Sequence record: LC494302.1
Direction: 5' to 3' (one strand)
DNA from: Escherichia phage SP27
DNA: 64,000 bases
Shown here piece by piece: positions 9,168 to 18,568 of the stretch. Both the position numbers and the translations under genes were made by a program. Below the pieces are notes generated by a model, which did no database searches, was not told the origin of the DNA, and worked only from the letters and a program-made list of their open reading frames with translations. Each line of letters opens with the position of its first letter. The stretch's first letter is position 1.

Positions 9168-9523
9168 CATATGATTATTCTATGTACTATTATAAGTTAC
9201 CTAAAGGATGGGACTTGTGCTGTAATCTTATTAAGGGCGACTCGGAACATGAGTTGAGTTTATATATGCATTACAAAGATTCTTGTTTTAAATTTATTCA
9301 TGTATCACATGACGACTATGACTATGAATCTGAGAGTCTTATAGATTATACAGTACTGGACGATGGCGAACTATTTCAGGCTGCATTAGTGTTTGATAAG
9401 AATAAGTACTCCTGTACATTTGAAGAAATGGTTTCTTTGCAAAATGAAATGAAGAGATTTGAAAAAGAAAACGTATTTAATCCATCCCCATCAAGAACGA
9501 ATAATTATTATTTCAATATATGA
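9164..9523 (+). CDS. FQxS-family member, tandem trio copy 3
   Basis: ATGA overlap; motif DYTVLDDGELFQAALVFDKNKYSCT. Confidence 0.7.
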   Translation: MTYDYSMYYYKLPKGWDLCCNLIKGDSEHELSLYMHYKDSCFKFIHVSHDDYDYESESLIDYTVLDDGELFQAALVFDKNKYSCTFEEMVSLQNEMKRFEKENVFNPSPSRTNNYYFNI

Positions 9524-9532
9524 GATTATAAA

Positions 9533-10024
9533 ATGACATTACAGAGTTCATTGGAAAAAGCAAAGAAGATTCATGAGTACATGAATATGGCAAAAGAAGG
9601 TTCAGTTTACGGTGTTTTCAAAGACACAAGTACTCAATATTATGTACCGGATAACCTCCTTTATAATGACTGCTCAGATACAGAAACGTGCGTACTGGAT
9701 ACAGAAACGTGTGTACTGGATACCGACCCTAATGATTATGAATGCTACATTAATATGCATAATGAGTACATGGTCTATATTAATGATACAGATACCATCA
9801 ACAGTACTGACAGCGATTCCAATGACATTATAATTCCGAGTGAAGTACTGGAAGGTCCGTGGGATAGTGAAGAGTATTACTTCCAACAAAGTACTGTATA
9901 TGATAATGAAGTACTTGATGTTATTATAATTATGTGGTACTTTAAAAGTATTGGTTCTGGGAACTTCTATTTCGATTACAAATACGTAAAGAAAACTGTA
10001 GATAACGGTATTAACAGGGGTTGA
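9533..10024 (+). CDS. FQxS-family member, quintet copy 1 (MSLQSAL N-terminus, WYFK C-terminus)
   Basis: motifs VLEGPWDSEEYYFQQSTVYDNEVLDVIIIMWYFKSIGS; contains in-frame 21-bp tandem repeat. Confidence 0.7.
   Translation: MTLQSSLEKAKKIHEYMNMAKEGSVYGVFKDTSTQYYVPDNLLYNDCSDTETCVLDTETCVLDTDPNDYECYINMHNEYMVYINDTDTINSTDSDSNDIIIPSEVLEGPWDSEEYYFQQSTVYDNEVLDVIIIMWYFKSIGSGNFYFDYKYVKKTVDNGINRG
9677..9718 (+). repeat. 21-bp tandem repeat (2 units, 1 mismatch) inside CDS
   Basis: GATACAGAAACGTGCGTACTG / GATACAGAAACGTGTGTACTG, encoding DTETCVL twice. Confidence 0.85.
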
Positions 10025-10025
10025 A

Positions 10026-10496
10026 ATGAGTTTAGAAAGAGCATTAGAGATTGCGAAGTTAATTGATTTATGCAGCAAAGAAATTGTAGCAAATTGTCTT
10101 AATGGATATCTATTCAAGGAAGGTAAATCTTATTGTCGAATGAGATACGATGACAGTAGTGAGTACATTCACATGTATGAAGAAAACTTAGATTCTTCTG
10201 AAACAACACTCAATGGGTGTGATGTTAATTTGGAAGATAATTACATGTACTTCTGTCGTGATGCTGATATTTTAATACAAGATTCTGACATTATATCTGG
10301 TGCAGCAGAGAAACATCTTCCGTATTCAGTACTGGATAATGACTGGGGAAGTGAAGAGTTCTACTTCCAGCAGAATACTATCTACGAGGAATATGTGCTT
10401 GACAAGCTTGTCATTCTGTGGTACTTTAATAATACCGATTGTCCTAGCTTCTATCTGGACTTGGATCTACTACGAGTTATTAAAGAGGATATATGA
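10026..10496 (+). CDS. FQxS-family member, quintet copy 2
   Basis: motif DNDWGSEEFYFQQNTIYEEYVLDKLVILWYF. Confidence 0.7.
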   Translation: MSLERALEIAKLIDLCSKEIVANCLNGYLFKEGKSYCRMRYDDSSEYIHMYEENLDSSETTLNGCDVNLEDNYMYFCRDADILIQDSDIISGAAEKHLPYSVLDNDWGSEEFYFQQNTIYEEYVLDKLVILWYFNNTDCPSFYLDLDLLRVIKEDI

Positions 10497-10936
10497 GTTT
10501 AGCAAGTGCACTTAAACTGGCACACAAAATACATCACTTCCACGATAACATAAAAAGTGGTTTCTATGGTGATAAAGTAAGTGCATTTGGTAATGAGTAT
10601 TATCTATCAGGTATAAAGACATACTCTGATGATATTTTACTTATGGGCCATGATAAAGACAATACTATACAGTACTCTTCATGTAGTCAATATACTAGTT
10701 TTTTTGTATATATTCCAGGTACTAAGATTACGTTTGACACATCAAATACACCTGTTGACTTCGGGGTACTTGATGGCCCGTGGGGTACTGAAGAGTATTA
10801 CTTCCAACAGAGTCTTATTTTTAACCAAGAAATGCTTGATTCCTTGGTTGTTTTGTGGTACTTTAAGGAATTGAAGTTTGAACCATTTTTTCTTGACTGG
10901 GGAGCATGTGAATATTTAAGTACAGGGGATTTGTAA
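10493..10936 (+). CDS. FQxS-family member, quintet copy 3
   Basis: motif DGPWGTEEYYFQQSLIFNQEMLDSLVVLWYFK. Confidence 0.7.
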   Translation: MSLASALKLAHKIHHFHDNIKSGFYGDKVSAFGNEYYLSGIKTYSDDILLMGHDKDNTIQYSSCSQYTSFFVYIPGTKITFDTSNTPVDFGVLDGPWGTEEYYFQQSLIFNQEMLDSLVVLWYFKELKFEPFFLDWGACEYLSTGDL

Positions 10937-11427
10937 TGTCGTTACAAAGTGCATTGAAAGAAGCAAAGAAGATTCATGAGTACATGATTATGGTACAGGA
11001 AGGTTCAGTACCTGGGGTGTATAAAACATCTGATACTGAATTTTTTGTAAAAGACCGTGACGATTATGACGAGTCCGAGATATGTGCAGAAACATTAGTA
11101 CTGCACACTGATACTGGTGACAGTGATAACTGTGAATATCATATGTACAATCAGTACATTAGTTATTGCCGTAATGAAGATATTACCATCTACAACACAG
11201 ATAGTGATGCTGATGACACTATCATTCCTTATTCAGTACTGGAAGGACCGTGGGATAGTGAAGAATATTACTTCCAGAATAGTACGTTGTACAATGAAGA
11301 AGAACTGGATGTTATTGTGATTATGTGGTACTTTAAAAGTATTGGTTCTGATAGTTTCTATTTCGATTATGAATACGTAGAGAATACTGTAGGGGAAGAT
11401 AATGTCATTACAAAGTGCACTGGATAA
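10936..11427 (+). CDS. FQxS-family member, quintet copy 4
   Basis: motif EGPWDSEEYYFQNSTLYNEEELDVIVIMWYFKSIGS. Confidence 0.7.
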   Translation: MSLQSALKEAKKIHEYMIMVQEGSVPGVYKTSDTEFFVKDRDDYDESEICAETLVLHTDTGDSDNCEYHMYNQYISYCRNEDITIYNTDSDADDTIIPYSVLEGPWDSEEYYFQNSTLYNEEELDVIVIMWYFKSIGSDSFYFDYEYVENTVGEDNVITKCTG

Positions 11428-11845
11428 AGCAAAAGAACTACAGGTATATATTGAAGATATCAAGGCTGGGAAGTTCGAAGAAGTATACAAAGCCGAGAAT
11501 GGTAACTACTACAAGGATAGTGATTTTACCACAACTACAGTTATTCTTGGGCTGAATTCCAAAAGTCCCGCAGATTTTTCACAATACAATCCAGATGCAG
11601 AATTTATCAGTTATGCTTATGGTGGTGAAATCCGTTTTTATAATCGCAGCAGACCTTTAAAATTGAACTTTGAAGTACTGAAAGGTCCGTGGGATAGTGA
11701 AGAGTATTACTTTCAGAATAGTACTTTGTATGATGATGAAGTACTAGATACTTTAGTTATTATGTGGTACTTTAAAAGTATTGATAGTACAAGATTTTAT
11801 TTGGATTATGAATATGTACGTGAAGCATATAAGGGCAAACGATGA
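11402..11845 (+). CDS. FQxS-family member, quintet copy 5
   Basis: motif KGPWDSEEYYFQNSTLYDDEVLDTLVIMWYFKSIDS. Confidence 0.7.
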   Translation: MSLQSALDKAKELQVYIEDIKAGKFEEVYKAENGNYYKDSDFTTTTVILGLNSKSPADFSQYNPDAEFISYAYGGEIRFYNRSRPLKLNFEVLKGPWDSEEYYFQNSTLYDDEVLDTLVIMWYFKSIDSTRFYLDYEYVREAYKGKR

Positions 11846-12156
11846 AATTCTTATACAGTATTCAGTACATTCCTGGTACAATTAGTTTAATGTATTTCTT
11901 CGATCATGATAATTTCCAGCACCTTGCCGTTAGAAGATGTAATGAATCTTTAATGATTGAATATCTTCACGATTGTGATTATATTCCTGACTTCCTTGAA
12001 TGTGATTACAGAGATGATCATGAAACATTTCTTTTTCAGGAATCACTTGTATGGGATAAGAGAATTAATTTTTATGCTTTACTTGAGATACAAAAACAAG
12101 TGAAGTACTACTGGGATTACTTAATTACCCAAGAATATATAGAGATTGAAATATAA
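11842..12156 (+). CDS. FQxS-motif paralog family member
   Basis: motif DHETFLFQESLVWDKR. Confidence 0.65.
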   Translation: MKFLYSIQYIPGTISLMYFFDHDNFQHLAVRRCNESLMIEYLHDCDYIPDFLECDYRDDHETFLFQESLVWDKRINFYALLEIQKQVKYYWDYLITQEYIEIEI

Positions 12157-12629
12157 TGTACGAAAGTGATCTTAAGCACGCTGAGGAATTAGTTAATATA
12201 GTAAAGTTCTTTCAAAATAATGTAAAGTACTTAGACGACAAAGGGGCATATATTAGTACTATAAGTGTTGGTACAGATATTCTAGGATTAGGTAATGAAT
12301 ATAAGTACGAGTCCCATGATTATGATTTGGAATTCAAGTACTTCGAATGGAATCCTGGAACTTTCTATTCAATCGATGAAAGTGGGAAATATTTTGAATT
12401 CACCGAAGAAGACGTACTATTCTTAAATTCAGAAGATGCTTACTTCCAGTACAGTACTATATACCCAAATAGTGCATTAAGAGCTTTAGTAGTTTTTAAT
12501 GCATTTCTGAAAGAGAACTTTAATAATTCTATATTCATTGATTTAAATTATGTATATGAACTAAATCAGGTGATATATATGGAGTCCAGAAAAAATGAGT
12601 TACGAAAGTGCAATCAAGAAAGCAAATGA
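12156..12629 (+). CDS. FQxS-motif paralog family member
   Basis: motif NSEDAYFQYSTIYPN. Confidence 0.65.
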   Translation: MYESDLKHAEELVNIVKFFQNNVKYLDDKGAYISTISVGTDILGLGNEYKYESHDYDLEFKYFEWNPGTFYSIDESGKYFEFTEEDVLFLNSEDAYFQYSTIYPNSALRALVVFNAFLKENFNNSIFIDLNYVYELNQVIYMESRKNELRKCNQESK

Positions 12630-13041
12630 TATTCTAAAAGTTGTTAAGTTCTTCAAAGAAAATCCTGAATACGTAGATGATGAACGAAGAGAAGTTTCTA
12701 ATGGCACGAAGATTACAATTGATTCTTTATTTGACACTAGCAACAACAACTGTAGTACTATTGAATTAGCATACGATTATATTTCATTGAACAGAAAATA
12801 TGATGAAGTTACGATAGAGCGTCATGAGAATGAAGAATCTTTTAAAATTTCTGATATTTTATCTCTGAGTACAGAAGAAGGGTACTTCCAGGGAAGTACT
12901 GTTTATAATGAAGGAACACTAGACAATCTATGTACATTTAGTGTACTATATCAGAAGTCAGTACTGGATATATTTTATCTAGACACTGAAAAACTTGATA
13001 GGTTAGTTGATTTCGTTACTATAGAAGAGGCATCCGTTTGA
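12595..13041 (+). CDS. FQxS-motif paralog family member
   Basis: motif STEEGYFQGSTVYNEGTLD. Confidence 0.65.
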   Translation: MSYESAIKKANDILKVVKFFKENPEYVDDERREVSNGTKITIDSLFDTSNNNCSTIELAYDYISLNRKYDEVTIERHENEESFKISDILSLSTEEGYFQGSTVYNEGTLDNLCTFSVLYQKSVLDIFYLDTEKLDRLVDFVTIEEASV

Positions 13042-13574
13042 GAAAAATTAACATTAATGATTATGATGCATTACAAGATTTATCAAAAAAGATTCGCACT
13101 ATCGTACCAGTACTGAAGAAATGCAGTACTGGATTAATCGATCCTAGTACTGTTGTTAATGAGAAGTACAATTTTCATTATGTATTACAGGGTACTGGGG
13201 CATTCCAGAAGTGTGAGGTGCGTGAGAAACACGTAATTGATACATCATTGTTTTCTATTGGTGCACCTATGTCGAATAATACTATTTTCCTGGATGACGC
13301 AGGAAATATTCAACAATTAACATTTAAGAAAAGGAAAAAGAACAATAACATTGGTGTGTACGCGATGAAGTGGGGTCAACCTGATTTGAAGCGTGAAATT
13401 CACATCCCTAAGTACAATTACAATTCATTTGAAGAACAGTGCTTTCAACTATCGTGTACTGACCCTGACTATGCTATCATTCAGTTCTATATGGAATTGC
13501 AGATAGCATTTAACAGTAATTTGTATATTAACTTATTGGCGATTAACATTGATGAAGTATTCAAAAACATTTAA
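13038..13574 (+). CDS. divergent FQxS-family member
   Basis: motif SFEEQCFQLSCTDPD. Confidence 0.6.
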   Translation: MRKININDYDALQDLSKKIRTIVPVLKKCSTGLIDPSTVVNEKYNFHYVLQGTGAFQKCEVREKHVIDTSLFSIGAPMSNNTIFLDDAGNIQQLTFKKRKKNNNIGVYAMKWGQPDLKREIHIPKYNYNSFEEQCFQLSCTDPDYAIIQFYMELQIAFNSNLYINLLAINIDEVFKNI

Positions 13575-13770
13575 TCGAATTGAATACATGAGAACTGTGA
13601 GTGCAGTGTGGGACATATGGTTCACTACTAAACCAAAAATGGATTACCATGACTTTAAGCTCTTGTTCTTCGTTGGCTCTAACAAACAGGATGTTGCAAT
13701 GAAGGGTTATATTCAGCACTTACAGGAACTAATCCAGAAGAGAATATATGAAAATAATAGACCAAAATGA
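13552..13770 (+). CDS. small protein, family B
   Basis: motif LLFFVGSNKQDVAMKGYIQHL; start 13552 or 13588 uncertain. Confidence 0.5.
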   Translation: MKYSKTFNRIEYMRTVSAVWDIWFTTKPKMDYHDFKLLFFVGSNKQDVAMKGYIQHLQELIQKRIYENNRPK

Positions 13771-13939
13771 CATTGCTAAACTATTCAATATATATTCTAC
13801 TAGAATGATGCAAACAGACTCATATAGTACTGAATTCAAAGAGTTGAAAGTACTGATGTACTTAGGAACCCAATACCAAGAACAAGTTATTTTAGAATAT
13901 ATTAATTCGTTGAAGAAGGATATCCGTTATGTACGATGA
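13748..13939 (+). CDS. small protein, family B
   Basis: motif VLMYLGTQYQEQVILEYINSL. Confidence 0.5.
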   Translation: MKIIDQNDIAKLFNIYSTRMMQTDSYSTEFKELKVLMYLGTQYQEQVILEYINSLKKDIRYVR

Positions 13940-14489
13940 TTTAGATCTTGCGTTTGAACGTATGGTAATTTTAATGCAATGCAATGAAATGCATGAAACA
14001 ATCCGTCGCACCAAAGGGATTGAATATACAAGTAAACTATTCTCATACGAAAGTCGTCGAGGGATGGATCATTTTTACTGCACTGATTGTTCAAAGTTTT
14101 CAGTACTGAAATATTATCATCCTACTGTTTCCAATAATAGTTTAATATCCACATATGACGGTGATCTGTTTAGTGTAATGTATGACACATTACATCCATC
14201 AATTTCAATCTATAAAGATTGCGATAGTAGTTTATCGTATATAATTGAAGATTACTTATCTCCTAATACTGAAGAGAATATTTTTCAGAACAGTGTGTTG
14301 CATGATGAATTAAGTATAAAATGCATCTATATGTTCAATAAGTTAAAAGAGTACGCCGATAATAATTACTTCATTGATGATTTAGCGGTATTGTCTGTTT
14401 CCGTTTTTAATACAAATGATATTGATATGAAATACTATAATGAGATTTGTAAAGTACATAATATGTATAAGGAACTATTATGCCAATAA
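13929..14489 (+). CDS. FQxS-motif paralog family member
   Basis: motif NTEENIFQNSVLHDE. Confidence 0.65.
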   Translation: MYDDLDLAFERMVILMQCNEMHETIRRTKGIEYTSKLFSYESRRGMDHFYCTDCSKFSVLKYYHPTVSNNSLISTYDGDLFSVMYDTLHPSISIYKDCDSSLSYIIEDYLSPNTEENIFQNSVLHDELSIKCIYMFNKLKEYADNNYFIDDLAVLSVSVFNTNDIDMKYYNEICKVHNMYKELLCQ

Positions 14490-15082
14490 ATGCAAATAAA
14501 TGTTGTAGTGCAGATGTGCATTTGTTTTTTAAGAAATTAGTAAATGATATTATCTATATGCAAGAAATCATTTATCACAAAAGAATGGACTTAGAAAAAG
14601 CATTAGTTCAGTTCTCTTTTATGCTGGATGGGATTATTACTCTAGATGGTGATGGATTGCGTATAGCATTTGACGGTAATTCAAATAGGGTTTTCTATTG
14701 GATGAATAATAAATTATGTTCCTCAATTTGCCGCACTTTTTATAACCCTATTTCGGACTTATATCAATTGGTGTATTCTAAAGGTGCAGTAGAAGCATCA
14801 TATGGTGATAGTTATGCCCTAGGAAAGAGTATTCCATATATGCAATCATTTGATATTGAATTAGTCAGTACTGATGAAGATGCAATGTTCACAAATGATT
14901 TAACGATGGAACGTGAATCTGCAATGAGATATATTACAAATTCTATGCATACATTCTTTCAACGAGTAGAATTTGATAATGTATATATAGCAAATGTAAA
15001 TATTTTTACTGACCTGTGTCAGTACTTGAGAAGTGTTTGTGATTTTGATGAAAGCTATTGTAAGCTTTATACTGAGGTATAA
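14480..15082 (+). CDS. hypothetical protein (possible degenerate FQxS member)
   Basis: 200-aa ORF; only a weak DEDAMFTNDL match. Confidence 0.55.
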   Translation: MPINANKCCSADVHLFFKKLVNDIIYMQEIIYHKRMDLEKALVQFSFMLDGIITLDGDGLRIAFDGNSNRVFYWMNNKLCSSICRTFYNPISDLYQLVYSKGAVEASYGDSYALGKSIPYMQSFDIELVSTDEDAMFTNDLTMERESAMRYITNSMHTFFQRVEFDNVYIANVNIFTDLCQYLRSVCDFDESYCKLYTEV

Positions 15083-15087
15083 AACAA

Positions 15088-15450
15088 ATGAACACATTAA
15101 GTATTACATACTATACAACTAAAAAATTAGTTACTTGTTTAATATCATTGAAGACAAACCATGATGATATGTTTGATATGGCTGCATATGAATTAGAATT
15201 ATCAGAAGATGGCTTCAAGAGCTATGAAGTATATAGCTATGTTCGTGAAGATGTAATTGACACTACACTAATGCAAGAGGATGAGTTATTCCAAGAAAGT
15301 TTAGTATGGGATAATAAGTACGATTGTAACTTTGATTTCTTATGTTTAATCCAGAAAGAAATGAAAAGAATCTTTGATAATTATCCAGTGAAGAGATTGA
15401 GTACTGGACCGGAGCAGTACAGGAGAATTTTATTCCGTTATGAAGACTGA
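15088..15450 (+). CDS. FQxS-motif paralog family member
   Basis: motif MQEDELFQESLVWDNKYDC. Confidence 0.65.
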   Translation: MNTLSITYYTTKKLVTCLISLKTNHDDMFDMAAYELELSEDGFKSYEVYSYVREDVIDTTLMQEDELFQESLVWDNKYDCNFDFLCLIQKEMKRIFDNYPVKRLSTGPEQYRRILFRYED

Positions 15451-15775
15451 ATTAGTGAAAGTAATGTACGCTACTCATATTAAACTACTACTTGTGAAAT
15501 TTGATTATAATAAAAAACATAATGATTTCTATACTTTAATTCGTGATGAAAATACATTCTCCTTGCGATGCAACAATATACCGTTGAAGATAAATGATTT
15601 TACTTCACTTGACGAGGGTGAATTATTTCAAGAATCATTAGTTTTTAATAGTAATATAAAAATTGATATAGAAGTTATTAAAAAATACCAGATTTTATTG
15701 AACAAAATTATGAATTGTTATCCATGTGAAATAGGTGGTCATATGCAGTTCAAATCAAAAATGTATGAATTATGA
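15440..15775 (+). CDS. FQxS-motif paralog family member
   Basis: motif LDEGELFQESLVFNSN. Confidence 0.65.
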   Translation: MKTELVKVMYATHIKLLLVKFDYNKKHNDFYTLIRDENTFSLRCNNIPLKINDFTSLDEGELFQESLVFNSNIKIDIEVIKKYQILLNKIMNCYPCEIGGHMQFKSKMYEL

Positions 15776-15782
15776 GGTTTAT

Positions 15783-16319
15783 ATGTTAGATGAAAAAATG
15801 AACAATGGAACACAATATAATCATCTTAAGTTAGATACATTCGAATCAGCTATCAGTACTGCACAAGATATAATTGATATTATCAAGTTCATTAAAGAAA
15901 ATAAGTTCAAATGTTTGAAAATACTAAATCGTTCAATGTACCGTGATAACAATATTCATGTATCAGTACGTAGACCGAAAGATAAAGAAAGTGGGAGAGA
16001 TTTCTATAACAACAGTGAGCAGTTCGAATGTGAATATGATCCAGAATTCAGAGGCGGTTTCATGTGTTACAGTATAAAGGATACCTCACACATTGAGATA
16101 CGTTCATCGAAAGGTGGCATACGTACATTAGAGTTCATTGATATAGTTTTAAATCAGGAATACTACTTTCAACTATCATTATTGTTTCCTGCATACGATT
16201 TAGGAGTTCTATTCATGTATAAGTACTTTTATGAGCACTGGAATGAAGACTTCTATCTGGACTTAGAAGATTACCAATTAGTTTGGAAAGAAATGGTAGA
16301 ACTTCGCAATCCCTCTTGA
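15783..16319 (+). CDS. FQxS-motif paralog family member
   Basis: ATG 15783 after GAGG; motif NQEYYFQLSLLFPAYD. Confidence 0.65.
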   Translation: MLDEKMNNGTQYNHLKLDTFESAISTAQDIIDIIKFIKENKFKCLKILNRSMYRDNNIHVSVRRPKDKESGRDFYNNSEQFECEYDPEFRGGFMCYSIKDTSHIEIRSSKGGIRTLEFIDIVLNQEYYFQLSLLFPAYDLGVLFMYKYFYEHWNEDFYLDLEDYQLVWKEMVELRNPS

Positions 16320-16368
16320 CACCCACCGATTCTTTGTGATATAATCCCTTTATATTAATTGTAAAGGG
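16316..16368 (+). promoter_or_regulatory. sigma70-like promoter with extended -10 and leader hairpin
   Basis: TTGACA (16316-16321), 18-nt spacer, TG-n-TATAAT (16337-16345); hairpin CCCTTTA...TAAAGGG (16346-16368). Confidence 0.6.
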
Positions 16369-16378
16369 TTATAACACA

Positions 16379-16855
16379 ATGTCCAAAGACCTATCATTTA
16401 GCAATGCACAAAAAATAGCAAAAGACATTATCAGGGTTTATAAATTCCTTGCGAATGTTACTGAAGATTTTTCCGTGGGGGAACATAAAGTTATTAAACG
16501 AAATGGATACCTTTCATTTATGGATGGGTTACTCTATAGTTCAGATGAATCAACTTGTAGCATTAGAGTACTTGATGAAGTACCAAGTGGTGATTTTATT
16601 TCATACCATTTTCCAAGTTCAGATAATTTCAAATACTACAATCATCTTCTTATAAATGAAGCATTTAATACGATTGTAATTAACACTGAAGAAGAGTTCT
16701 TCCAGTACAGTACTGTGTATCCAGAGAGGATTGTTTTCAGTTCAGTGATTTTAACAGCCCTTAAAAATGAACTAAATTCCGATAGTGATCATTTCTACTT
16801 GGACCTGAACAATGTCGATTGTATTATTGAGTACCTGGAGAAAAATGGTTTATGA
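16379..16855 (+). CDS. FQxS-motif paralog family member
   Basis: motif NTEEEFFQYSTVYPE. Confidence 0.65.
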   Translation: MSKDLSFSNAQKIAKDIIRVYKFLANVTEDFSVGEHKVIKRNGYLSFMDGLLYSSDESTCSIRVLDEVPSGDFISYHFPSSDNFKYYNHLLINEAFNTIVINTEEEFFQYSTVYPERIVFSSVILTALKNELNSDSDHFYLDLNNVDCIIEYLEKNGL

Positions 16856-17337
16856 TTACTACAGAATATGATTACTATGGTGTTTTAGAATTTACAGAAA
16901 ATATCTATCGCATTGCAAAGGAGTTCAGAAGTCCTAAGCCTTTTGGTGGAATGCCTTTTGGTGGTATGTTTCAATACGATGAGTTCAGTTCATCTAAAGG
17001 AAGACTAGCATTTACTAATGGTAGAGGTAATCAAATCTACGCGGAGTACTTTGATGATAATGACTTTCATTACAAAGCCGAATACATTTCATATTGCCCT
17101 GGGTCTGATTTGAAGATTAATATTGATACATTTAGAGAAGCAGTATTTGTTCCGTATAATGATTTAGTCTTCATGTCAGAGGAAATGTACTTTCAGGGTT
17201 CTTGTATTCATGATGTAAAAGTACTTAATGCTATGTTATTTTATGGTGCACTACTTAATCATTACAAATACAATCAACGATTCTTTTTAGATTTAGCAGT
17301 CTACTATAAATGCGTGGATTATTTGAATGCAAAATAA
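16852..17337 (+). CDS. FQxS-motif paralog family member
   Basis: motif MSEEMYFQGSCIHD. Confidence 0.65.
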   Translation: MITTEYDYYGVLEFTENIYRIAKEFRSPKPFGGMPFGGMFQYDEFSSSKGRLAFTNGRGNQIYAEYFDDNDFHYKAEYISYCPGSDLKINIDTFREAVFVPYNDLVFMSEEMYFQGSCIHDVKVLNAMLFYGALLNHYKYNQRFFLDLAVYYKCVDYLNAK

Positions 17338-17689
17338 GAAAACAATTCAGTACATGACGGATGGCAATGAATGCTTTGCTTCAAGATATGAATTCAACAA
17401 GAACCATTTCGTAACCTATATCCCTGAATATAATCAGTTTTATCTACAGATTTACCAAAATGATTCATATATGAATGAGATATATTCTGAAATAAAAATC
17501 CCGGATTATAGTACTTTATCAGAAGAGGAATTGTTTCAGCAGAGCACTATCAGTACTGAAGATGTGTATGAAATAATGGAATACCAGAAGGTACTTAAAT
17601 ATTTCCATGAAGTTCAGGATATACAAATGGATAGTGTTAAAGCGTGGAATTATAACACATACGAGGTAAATTATGTTCGAAATGATTAA
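17327..17689 (+). CDS. FQxS-motif paralog family member
   Basis: motif IPDYSTLSEEELFQQSTIS. Confidence 0.65.
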   Translation: MQNKKTIQYMTDGNECFASRYEFNKNHFVTYIPEYNQFYLQIYQNDSYMNEIYSEIKIPDYSTLSEEELFQQSTISTEDVYEIMEYQKVLKYFHEVQDIQMDSVKAWNYNTYEVNYVRND

Positions 17690-18086
17690 AATTATGCAAC
17701 GATGTATTGTAGACCAACACGGGATATATGGATATCGTTTAAGTGCTCCTATTGACAAAAATAAAACAACCTATGTAAGCTATAATGCTGTACAAGGATT
17801 TGATATATTCATTGATGCCAACAATAAAATCAAACAAGCTAAGGATGTGTCTATAATGACCCCTGATGAGTTATTTCAGTACAGCTTAGTCTTTCCTACA
17901 TGTATCGATTTACAACGTCTAGGAGCGATACAGAAGGTTTTACGCGAACATAAAGTACAACCCAATAAAGTCACACACATTCCAGAAACAATCTTCAAAA
18001 CCATAGAAGTAGAAACTCCTGATTATATGTTAAGTGATGATGAGTACTACGAGAAACACTTCCCTGGTAAAGTTTGGAGAGACTAA
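17673..18086 (+). CDS. FQxS-motif paralog family member
   Basis: motif MTPDELFQYSLVFP. Confidence 0.65.
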   Translation: MFEMIKIMQRCIVDQHGIYGYRLSAPIDKNKTTYVSYNAVQGFDIFIDANNKIKQAKDVSIMTPDELFQYSLVFPTCIDLQRLGAIQKVLREHKVQPNKVTHIPETIFKTIEVETPDYMLSDDEYYEKHFPGKVWRD

Positions 18087-18568
18087 TGAACCGAAAGTAC
18101 AGAGAAACTATGAAGTTCGCTAAGGAGTGTTTAGAGACATTTGATTTCATTTTCGATAACAAAGACTCACTGGGTCATCACTTCGTAATTACAAAGAAAG
18201 AAGATAAGAGATACAAGTGTGAAAGATTAGGATACAGTATTGAGTTCTCCTTAATGATTGATGGAATGATAAACTCCTTATATGAATGTGGTAAGACTGA
18301 TTACCTTTCATTTAGATCATGGAGTGAAGGTATCATGTTCTTGAGAACAAATGGAGTTTTATATCCGTTTCTTGATGATTTATCAGAAGAAAGTTACTTT
18401 CAAAATAGTTTAATTTACACAGAAAAAGAACTCAAGATGCTATTCATTATGTCGTACTTTAAAAAGTACTGCAATTTTAAATCATTATCTTTTGAGATCT
18501 CTGCAATGAAAGTATTCATTAAAAATGTAAAAGAATTAAAGAGGATTTACGATGTACATAGAAAATGA
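18086..18568 (+). CDS. FQxS-motif paralog family member
   Basis: ATG 18086 (TAATG overlap) after GGAGAG; motifs SEESYFQNSLIY and LFIMSYFKKY. Confidence 0.65.
   Translation: MNRKYRETMKFAKECLETFDFIFDNKDSLGHHFVITKKEDKRYKCERLGYSIEFSLMIDGMINSLYECGKTDYLSFRSWSEGIMFLRTNGVLYPFLDDLSEESYFQNSLIYTEKELKMLFIMSYFKKYCNFKSLSFEISAMKVFIKNVKELKRIYDVHRK

Noticed and set aside
8434-11845. Possible CRISPR-like array, because of the regularly repeated conserved segments
   Set aside because: The repeats are protein-coding paralog motifs of varying length and spacing with intact reading frames, not short identical direct repeats separated by unique spacers.
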